In this document: piece by piece, positions 57,363 to 64,000 of the stretch
How positions within the stretch are numbered: the first letter of the stretch is position 1
Layout: the number at the start of each line of letters is the position of its first letter
Source of the DNA: a virus
Direction: 5' to 3' (one strand)
Length of the DNA stretch: 64,000 nucleotides
Virus record (IMG/VR): IMGVR_UViG_3300047470_000343
Location: 1-64,000 of that record
Made by a program: the position numbers and the translations under genes
The notes under the pieces: generated by a model
The model's input: only the letters and a program-made list of their open reading frames with translations
The model's database searches: none
Told to the model about the DNA's origin: nothing

Positions 57363-57628
57363 CGCGGGCACCTGCATCCGTTCGAGGCGCCGCGGCGCCG
57401 GTGCCGTGCCACAGACGGGGCCTGCACGGGATAGCCGCTGGCCGTGAGCGTGTCCGCGATCCGCGTGGACGTCACCATGTGGGTGTCGAGCAGCCCGTTC
57501 AGCTTCTCCGCGGTCGCGGCGTCGAGAGACGCCAGGATGTCGCCGACTGTGCAGCGTGCGCCGCGGCGTGGGGCGGGCTCGGTCATGAGCTGGGTCAGGG
57601 CCGTGCTCAGCCCGTCGGTGTCTGCCAC
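57359..57628 (-). CDS. small Cys-containing protein coupled to the phosphoesterase
   Basis: RCTVG..VARHRRR..CRC; 4-bp overlap. Confidence 0.65.
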   Translation of the reverse strand: MADTDGLSTALTQLMTEPAPRRGARCTVGDILASLDAATAEKLNGLLDTHMVTSTRIADTLTASGYPVQAPSVARHRRRGASNGCRCPR

Positions 57629-57728
57629 GGCGGTTCCTCGCTCTCTCATGGGTACGGGGCCGGACCGTATGGCCCGGCCCCGTATTACGTCGCCGTCATC
57701 GGGGCCCGGTGTGCGGGCCCCGGCTCGC

Positions 57729-59030
57729 TTAGACCGGGTCGGTCCACGTGCCGATGACGAACGACTCCGGGCGGCTGACCTCCAGGGCCAGACGCTCGTC
57801 GGCGCGGAACGTGAGGACGCCGCGCTCGAAGTTGTCGCTGTTCTCCGAGGAGACGGTGACCGAGACGTTCTCCCGGTCGTAGATCTGGGCGCCCATGCCG
57901 AAGGAGCCGAGGAGGTACTTGTCGTCGGGCATGGCCGTGGTCTCGACGACGTTGACGCGCCACACGCGCTTCTGGGCGCCGACGGCGACCTGGAGGGCGA
58001 CGCGGAAGGCGCCGTTGTCGTCGGTCTCGACCTCGACCTGCTCCCACATGGTGGGGCTCAGCACGACGCCGGTCGGCTCGTACTCCGCCAGGAGCGCCTT
58101 GGTCATGGCCCGGCGCATCTGGATGCTGAACTTGTCGCTGTTCTGACCGGTGTACGTCTGCACGCCGGTCGTGTTGAACAGGCCGGTGATCTTGGTGCCG
58201 TCGGTGCCGACGCTGTGGAGCAGGTCCCAGTCCTCGGCGAACTTGATGCCCTCGATGAGACGCGAGTTGATGAACTGCTTCAGGCGCGGCTCGTCGCTGA
58301 GGATGTTCTTGTGGCCGTCGAGCATGTGGGCGATCTCGCTGACCGGGAAGGACACCGGCTGGAGGGTCAGCTTCGAGCGGGGGGCCCGCCCGAACACGTC
58401 GGTGTCGAGGCCGGTCGGCGCGGACGTGCCGTCGGCCGCGCGACGCTCGGCGACCTGCGCGGCGTTGTTCACCCAGCCGGTCTCGCGGATGCCCTGAAGT
58501 ACCGCGTTCTTCGTGGTCGCCTTCGGGAACAGGTCCCGAATGTGGAACTTGCGGCGCTGCGCGTCGGTGATCCCGAGATCCTGGACGCCGCCGAGGGCCG
58601 CGTGGGTCTGGGTGCCGGCCGTCAGGGAGAAGATCGACTTCCCCTCCATCTCGGCGCGGATGAACGGGCGGTCCTTGAACTGCGCGCGGGCCGCGGCCTG
58701 GTAGGCGTCGGACGCGACGAACATGTCGCCGAGGGTCTTGACCTCGGTGTCGGAGCCGGAGCCGCCGCCGCCGTAGTACTGACCCGCGGCCGAGGAGCCA
58801 GCGGGGGCGTCGAGGTACTGGCCGAGGGCTTCGGCGCCGGTCGCGGCGTCGATCAGGCCCTTGATCTCCTGGGCGTCCTTGACCGCCTTGACGTAGGCGT
58901 TGCGCTGCTCGGTCGAGACGACGAATGCGCCGTTCTCTTCTTTGAACGTCCCTGCGATGCGCTCGGCTTCGGCGGACTTCTCGTTGAGCTGGCTCTTCAG
59001 TGAGCGCAGAAGGCTCTGGTCGGTAGGCAT
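57729..59030 (-). CDS. major capsid protein, HK97 fold
   Basis: N-terminal delta-like domain; IRDLFP, FRADERLALEVSRPESFV. Confidence 0.93.
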   Translation of the reverse strand: MPTDQSLLRSLKSQLNEKSAEAERIAGTFKEENGAFVVSTEQRNAYVKAVKDAQEIKGLIDAATGAEALGQYLDAPAGSSAAGQYYGGGGSGSDTEVKTLGDMFVASDAYQAAARAQFKDRPFIRAEMEGKSIFSLTAGTQTHAALGGVQDLGITDAQRRKFHIRDLFPKATTKNAVLQGIRETGWVNNAAQVAERRAADGTSAPTGLDTDVFGRAPRSKLTLQPVSFPVSEIAHMLDGHKNILSDEPRLKQFINSRLIEGIKFAEDWDLLHSVGTDGTKITGLFNTTGVQTYTGQNSDKFSIQMRRAMTKALLAEYEPTGVVLSPTMWEQVEVETDDNGAFRVALQVAVGAQKRVWRVNVVETTAMPDDKYLLGSFGMGAQIYDRENVSVTVSSENSDNFERGVLTFRADERLALEVSRPESFVIGTWTDPV

Positions 59031-59196
59031 TTTGGTTGCACTCCCTGTGCTGGACGGGCGATGGCGTGCGCATCACGCCCGGCCAGCACCGGGACGTCTC
59101 AACGCTGGGGCGCATGGAAAGGCACAGGGGGTGTTTGCGTCTCGGGCTCCCGGCCACGCAGGGACGCGCAGCGGGGAGCCCGAGGGAAACCGCAGG

Positions 59197-61194
59197 TCAG
59201 AGTGCGAGTGCGGCCAGTGCCGCCTTGACCTCCGTGGGGTCCAGGTGCACGGTGTCGTCCTCGTCCGGCTCGTCGTCGGGCTCGTCGGCCGGGGTGTTCC
59301 CCGGGGGAACAGCCGTGTCCGCGTAGGGGATCGTGCTGTCGGCCGGTCCGTCGTCGGCGGTGGCGCTGTCGGCGAGTTCGTCATAGGCGGCGGGATCGTC
59401 GTCCTCGTCGTCGGGCCAGCCGTCGGTGATCGAGTACTTGTCCAGCCACGAGTCGGAGTCGTCCGCGTCCGCGTCGTCGTCCATGGGGACGCCCTTCTTC
59501 GAAAGGGCGTCGAGGAGTTTCCCGATGGTGGGCCGCAGGTGTTCCAGGTGCGCGGGTCCGGCGTCGGACACCTCGATCAGCGCCGTGGCGTCCTGGAGAG
59601 CCCGGTCGGTCGGCTTGATGAACCGCTCGCGGGTGGTCTCCGTGGCGTCGGCCAGTCGCTCCGGCCCGGCAACAGGGGTGGCCACGGTGGTGAGTTCCAC
59701 CTGAACCGGCACGCCCAGGTCCACGTCCCGGCCCGACACGGTGTACGGGATCGCGTACGTGTCCGTGTCGCCGTCGTCGTAGCGGCTGACGATGATCCGG
59801 TCGGGGTAAGTCGCCTCGATCGCCACCCAGCAGCATTCCGGCTGCTCGGGGCCGCCGCGGTCGTCGTTGTCCGAGGCGAGCAGTGCGCGCGCGGCCTTGC
59901 TGAGCTGGTCGCGGAGCTGCTCGTAGGAGTAGGGCATGGGTGTGCTCATGAGTCGCTCCGGGAGCTGAATGGGTTCGGCGGACTTGGCCTCGATCACGAT
60001 CTGCGCGGCCGACTTCTGTTCCAGGCCCGCGGCGGCGTTGGCCGACTTCGCCTCCATCACGATCTGCGCCGCCGACTTCGCCTCCATCGGGGCAGCGGGT
60101 GCGGCCGCGGTCTCGTCGGGGGCCGCACCGAGCGGCACCTCGAACTCGTCACCGCCGCGGACCACGTGGAGCGTCGTGAAGGTGACCGGTGTGGCCGGCA
60201 CCGGGTCGGGGCCGTTCAGGTCGTAGCCGAGGGTCACGTGCGGGGTGAACCCGTGGTCGTCGCGGACCGCTTCGGAGTACGGGGACCCGGACAGGGCGAG
60301 TACAACCTGCTGCCGCAGTTCCGCGAGGCCCGGCACGTCGACCGGCACCCACGTGGGTACGCCGTCCCCGGTGTCGGGGAAGACGCCGATGCCGCCGAGA
60401 GTGCCCGCCAGCGGGCCCGTGTCGTTCACGGCCGGGGTGACGATGTCGCGGAGATCGTCCGGGTGCCCGCCGAGTTCGCCGACGTCGCCGAGGTAGGCGA
60501 GCGTGATGTGCAGGTTCTCCGGGGCGGTGCCGTCGGGCTGGGCGATCGTCTCGGCGACGTCTGCGGGGATCTTCAGCGCGATCATCACGCCGCGCCCTAC
60601 CTGCGACTCGGCGGCCTTCAGCTCGATCGCCGACCACGTGGCCTTGCGCTCCAGTTCGTTGCGCGCCCGGGTCGCGGCCTTCACCTCGATACTGCGGGTC
60701 ATCGGGTGCGCGCCGTGCAGCACGGGGCTCACCTCGTACAGGTCCAGGTCGTGGATGATGCGGACGCCGTCGTGGCGCTTGGATGCGCCGCCCGGCGGGA
60801 CCTTGAAGCCGATGGAGAACTGCGCTTCGCCGTTCTCGTGCCACTGGCGGACCTGTTCGTAGGCGTCGCGGCCGCGGGTGGTGCGCAGGTTGTACTGGCA
60901 GGTCGCGACGAGCGCCCCGGCCTCCTTGGGCCACACGGAGCCGCCCGGGATCGAGGCGAAGCGCGGATCCCCCGGCATCCATTCCTCGATCGACAGGACA
61001 CTGCCGACCGGCTCTTTCCAGTCGTGGCTCCACACCGGCTTCACTCGGCGCGTGGCCAGGGTGCGGGTGAACGCTCCGGGGATGATGAGGTCTTCGACAT
61101 CGTCGACCACGCCGGTGACTGCGAAGATGGCGCGGACGATGCCCTTTCCGCCGCGGGCGCGGCGCAGCATTGCAGTGGGCGGCGGGCTCGGCAC
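59197..61194 (-). CDS. HK97-type prohead protease fused to a 2H phosphoesterase domain
   Basis: WSHDW..FSIGF..LYEVSPV protease motifs; HITL and HVTL 2H motifs. Confidence 0.88.
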   Translation of the reverse strand: MPSPPPTAMLRRARGGKGIVRAIFAVTGVVDDVEDLIIPGAFTRTLATRRVKPVWSHDWKEPVGSVLSIEEWMPGDPRFASIPGGSVWPKEAGALVATCQYNLRTTRGRDAYEQVRQWHENGEAQFSIGFKVPPGGASKRHDGVRIIHDLDLYEVSPVLHGAHPMTRSIEVKAATRARNELERKATWSAIELKAAESQVGRGVMIALKIPADVAETIAQPDGTAPENLHITLAYLGDVGELGGHPDDLRDIVTPAVNDTGPLAGTLGGIGVFPDTGDGVPTWVPVDVPGLAELRQQVVLALSGSPYSEAVRDDHGFTPHVTLGYDLNGPDPVPATPVTFTTLHVVRGGDEFEVPLGAAPDETAAAPAAPMEAKSAAQIVMEAKSANAAAGLEQKSAAQIVIEAKSAEPIQLPERLMSTPMPYSYEQLRDQLSKAARALLASDNDDRGGPEQPECCWVAIEATYPDRIIVSRYDDGDTDTYAIPYTVSGRDVDLGVPVQVELTTVATPVAGPERLADATETTRERFIKPTDRALQDATALIEVSDAGPAHLEHLRPTIGKLLDALSKKGVPMDDDADADDSDSWLDKYSITDGWPDDEDDDPAAYDELADSATADDGPADSTIPYADTAVPPGNTPADEPDDEPDEDDTVHLDPTEVKAALAALAL

Positions 61195-61282
61195 GGCGGG
61201 TTCCTCCTAGGCGGGGCTCTCGATGCGCGCACCGTGCCCCGCCCGGGGGGTTAGCGTCCCGTCGTGCCCTTCCGGCCGGGCC

Positions 61283-61912
61283 TCACTCCCACGGCTTGCC
61301 CTTCTTCTTCTTGGGCTTCTTGGGGTCCTCGCCGTCGTCCGGCTCCTCTTCCGGGTCCTCGGTCGAGCCGTCGTCCGCCGCGGCGTAGGGGTCCTCTTCG
61401 TCGTCCGCGGCCGGGTCGTTGGGCACGGCTTCGTCCGCGGTGCCGTAGTCCAGCGAGAGGCCGCCGTCATCCGCGGCCGCCGGATCCGCGGCGGGATCGC
61501 CGGCCGCCGGGTCCTGCATCGCCGGGTCCTGCGCTGCGGGATCCATCGCGGGGTCCGGCTGGTCGCCGGTGCCGCCGGACTGCGCCATAGCGGCGTCGTC
61601 CACGTCGATGGCCCACGTGTCCGGGTCGGAGTAGCGCCACACCTGCCCGGACTCGTCACGGACCCAGCCCGTCAGCGTGCCGTCCTCCGCCTTGTCCAGC
61701 CACGCCTGTTCGCCGTTGCTGCCGGTGAAAGAGGCGTACGCCTGCGCCGGATCGGTCTCGTCGCCCTCGTCGTAGGCGTCGCCCGCCCACGGCCGGGCGT
61801 CATCCTGATGCGGTGGCTGGAGCTCCGGCGGCTGCTCGGCAGCCGGGTCCATGCCCTGCGCCGCCGGGTCCTGGGACGGGGGCAGCGCCTTCACCTCGAA
61901 TCTGTAGTCCAC
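61283..61912 (-). CDS. acidic low-complexity head-associated protein
   Basis: Starts FEVKA; DPA repeats; lies in the head module. Confidence 0.65.
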   Translation of the reverse strand: MDYRFEVKALPPSQDPAAQGMDPAAEQPPELQPPHQDDARPWAGDAYDEGDETDPAQAYASFTGSNGEQAWLDKAEDGTLTGWVRDESGQVWRYSDPDTWAIDVDDAAMAQSGGTGDQPDPAMDPAAQDPAMQDPAAGDPAADPAAADDGGLSLDYGTADEAVPNDPAADDEEDPYAAADDGSTEDPEEEPDDGEDPKKPKKKKGKPWE

Positions 61913-62015
61913 GCCGCGGACAGTGAGGGCGCGCCCGGTCTTGTGTCCCGGGCGGCCCGCGCCGACCCTTCCCGAACCGGTTGTAGCGCCTCGTACGGGT
62001 CGCTACGCTTCTCGT

Positions 62016-62252
62016 ATGAAGCAGATCAATGTACGAGTGGACGACGATGCCGCCGCCGGAATCGAGAGGCGGGCCGAGGCCGCGGGCCTGACCGTGCCGG
62101 AGTACGCCAAGCAGGTACTCACCGACGAGGGCAACGACGTGCGGCACCGCTTCCTCGCCGCGGGCGCGCACTTCGTGGACGAGTTCGCGGACGCCTTTGC
62201 GGAGGAGTTCGGGACCCCTGCCGCCGACCGCGGGTCGGCGGCCGCCGCGTGA
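62016..62252 (+). CDS. ribbon-helix-helix antitoxin
   Basis: MKQINVRVDD..RAEAAGLTVPEY; coupled to a Doc-like gene. Confidence 0.75.
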   Translation: MKQINVRVDDDAAAGIERRAEAAGLTVPEYAKQVLTDEGNDVRHRFLAAGAHFVDEFADAFAEEFGTPAADRGSAAAA

Positions 62253-62623
62253 TCGTCCGCATCGACCGCGAATGGATGCTGGACCTTGCCCACCGCCACC
62301 TTCCCGGAGATCCCGGCGTGACCGACTTCGGCACGCTGGCAGCCGCGGCCGCCCGGCACGTCGACACGGTCATGGACACCCCCGTTTACACCGAGGCACA
62401 TCACCGCGCGGCCGCCCTCATGGTTCAGCTCATCCGCTGCCCGGCGCTGGAGCACTCCAACGAGCTGTTCGGCGCTGTCGTCGCCGCCACCTACCTGACG
62501 GTGAGCGGCGTCATCGTGGACGTGCAGCCCAAGCAGGCCGTCGCTCTCGCGGCCCGGATCAGTCGCGACGCTCTGGACGTGCGGAGCGTCGCGACTGAGC
62601 TCAAGGGATGGGCCGCCCGCTGA
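62249..62623 (+). CDS. Doc/Fic-family toxin with degenerate motif
   Basis: DFGTLAAAAARH..VY..RAAAL..PALEHSNELF. Confidence 0.75.
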   Translation: MIVRIDREWMLDLAHRHLPGDPGVTDFGTLAAAAARHVDTVMDTPVYTEAHHRAAALMVQLIRCPALEHSNELFGAVVAATYLTVSGVIVDVQPKQAVALAARISRDALDVRSVATELKGWAAR

Positions 62624-62632
62624 ACCGGCCGC

Positions 62633-62860
62633 TCACGGTCTGACCTCGACCACGCTGGTCTTCTGCCTCAGCAGAGCCAGCACCGCATCCGCGTCGCCCG
62701 CATCGAGATCCCGCCAGGGCCCGAGGGGGCCGAGCAGCACCGGAGTGCTGGCGTACTGCTCGACCATCGCCCTCACCCGGCGGGACCCGGTGACCGGGCC
62801 CCCGCCGGGGATCTGGACCTGATAGGCGGAACCGTCCTCCATCGTGCCCGTCACTAGCAT
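62633..62860 (-). CDS. small hypothetical protein
   Basis: ATG with purine-rich RBS after the upstream gene. Confidence 0.5.
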   Translation of the reverse strand: MLVTGTMEDGSAYQVQIPGGGPVTGSRRVRAMVEQYASTPVLLGPLGPWRDLDAGDADAVLALLRQKTSVVEVRP

Positions 62861-62877
62861 GCTTGCCTGCCTTCCTG

Positions 62878-64000
62878 TCACCGAGTGGCGAGCAGTCCCA
62901 GAAGGAACGCCCGCAGGTCGTCATCCCTGTACCAGTCGCCCGAGAACATCGTCGCGAGCCCGCGAGCCACGATCTGGTCATCGGTGACGTCCTCCGCCCG
63001 GCCGCCGAACAGCCGCTCCAGCAGCGCATCCAGTGCGCTGCGCCGGGCCCCGGGCCGTCCGGTGTGGGTCCGGGTGAACCCGAACACCTCCTGCGCGGCC
63101 ACCAGATCCGGGTAGGAGCGCTGGAGGTGAGCCACCAGAGCGTTCACCGCGGTGCCCCGGCCGCCGTCGCCGAGGTCAGCGACCGTGGCCGTACCGGAGT
63201 CGGCGTCGTACGAGCCCGCGTCACCGTCGACCGCGGTCACGAACCGTGCAGTGCGGTCCGCGAGCCACTCCCGCGGCACGTAGCCCGCCGCATCGGCGAG
63301 CGCTCGCGCCGCCGCCTGGTCGCTGTTGTGGCTCAGCGTCAGCCGGTTCCTGCCGCCGGGGCCCATCTCGCGGACCTGCGCGAGGGTGTCACGCACCGCG
63401 CCGGGCAGCGCGGCCGTGTACGCCTGGTGGAGCCGGTCGGCTTCCTGCCGGGCGTGCTGGGCTTCCACCTGCGCCGCGGCGATCTCCGGACCGAGGTCCG
63501 GGGCGCCCTGGCCGGCCGCCACCGCCCGCAGGTTCCGCACGCGGGCCTCCGCCCGGTCCTGGTAGCGGCGGGCGTGCCGCACCGTGCCGTGCGGGTCGTC
63601 GCCGAGCTCCGGCGCGGCCGCCATCAGCCGTGCCACGACATCGGCGTCCACGTCCGTACCAGCCGCGCGCACCGCGGCGAGATGCCGCAGGGCGTACCGC
63701 CCGGGTCCGCGGTCCGCAGCCCGGTCCATCGTCCAGCCCGTGCCGTCCTGCACACCGGGGAGCTGACCCGCGGCGAGCGAGGACCGGGTGGCCGGCCGGT
63801 ACCAGCGGCGGCGCCGGGAGACCTGACCGAAGTGGCCCGGGGCGGGCAGCAGCCGCGCCCAGTGCGCCACCTGGTCGGCCAGCGACATGCCGTCACCGTG
63901 CCGGGGCAGGGAGCGGGCAGCGGCCGCGATACGGCGCAGGCGCCGAGTCTCCGGCCACGACCGCACCCGCCGCACCAGAGCCTTGCGGAACCGGTTGATG
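62878..64000 (-). CDS. 3' part of a large head-module protein (truncated by the window edge)
   Basis: Frame stays open to the window end (INRFRKALVRR..). Confidence 0.65.
   Translation of the reverse strand, partial: INRFRKALVRRVRSWPETRRLRRIAAAARSLPRHGDGMSLADQVAHWARLLPAPGHFGQVSRRRRWYRPATRSSLAAGQLPGVQDGTGWTMDRAADRGPGRYALRHLAAVRAAGTDVDADVVARLMAAAPELGDDPHGTVRHARRYQDRAEARVRNLRAVAAGQGAPDLGPEIAAAQVEAQHARQEADRLHQAYTAALPGAVRDTLAQVREMGPGGRNRLTLSHNSDQAAARALADAAGYVPREWLADRTARFVTAVDGDAGSYDADSGTATVADLGDGGRGTAVNALVAHLQRSYPDLVAAQEVFGFTRTHTGRPGARRSALDALLERLFGGRAEDVTDDQIVARGLATMFSGDWYRDDDLRAFLLGLLATR

Noticed and set aside
1-64000. Integrase/att site, tRNA, rRNA, terminase large subunit, portal, TraB
   Set aside because: No recognisable motifs in this window; portal and TerL probably lie beyond the right edge

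Overview
High-GC actinobacterial DNA (the SSB is Streptomyces-like). The whole window appears to be part of a large temperate siphovirus that also has plasmid features (a phage-plasmid); no integrase is visible here. Layout: (1) 1-16.2 kb, two divergent arrays of small accessory or early genes (DUF4262-like, DUF2958-like, a Cys-His-Asp protein, a repeated unnamed domain, a degenerate RsbW-like protein). (2) 16.2-22.3 kb, a plasmid-type Rep with internal DnaA boxes, a small wHTH gene, and a BldN/SigD-like ECF sigma factor with a candidate anti-sigma. (3) 22.4-25.2 kb, ssb, endolysin, TerS-like and ParB-N-like genes. (4) 25.6-31.9 kb, WhiB, phage HTH initiator, DnaC-like loader, DUF2637-like protein and ERF recombinase, followed by a ~600 bp GGGTTCGCC repeat array. 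(5) 32.6-64 kb, holin, tail, neck and HK97-type head genes on the minus strand, interrupted by a parA/parB-like cassette with 27-bp palindromes and a Doc-like toxin-antitoxin pair. The most striking signals are not in the ORF track: 9 intergenic hairpins with an invariant ACGAGCGA loop and covarying stems upstream of early and replication genes; 16-17 copies of a fixed-spacing bipartite promoter-like motif before late genes; and a prohead protease polyprotein carrying a 2H phosphoesterase bracketed by E-x-K putative cleavage sites. All family assignments are by-eye motif recognition, not database searches.
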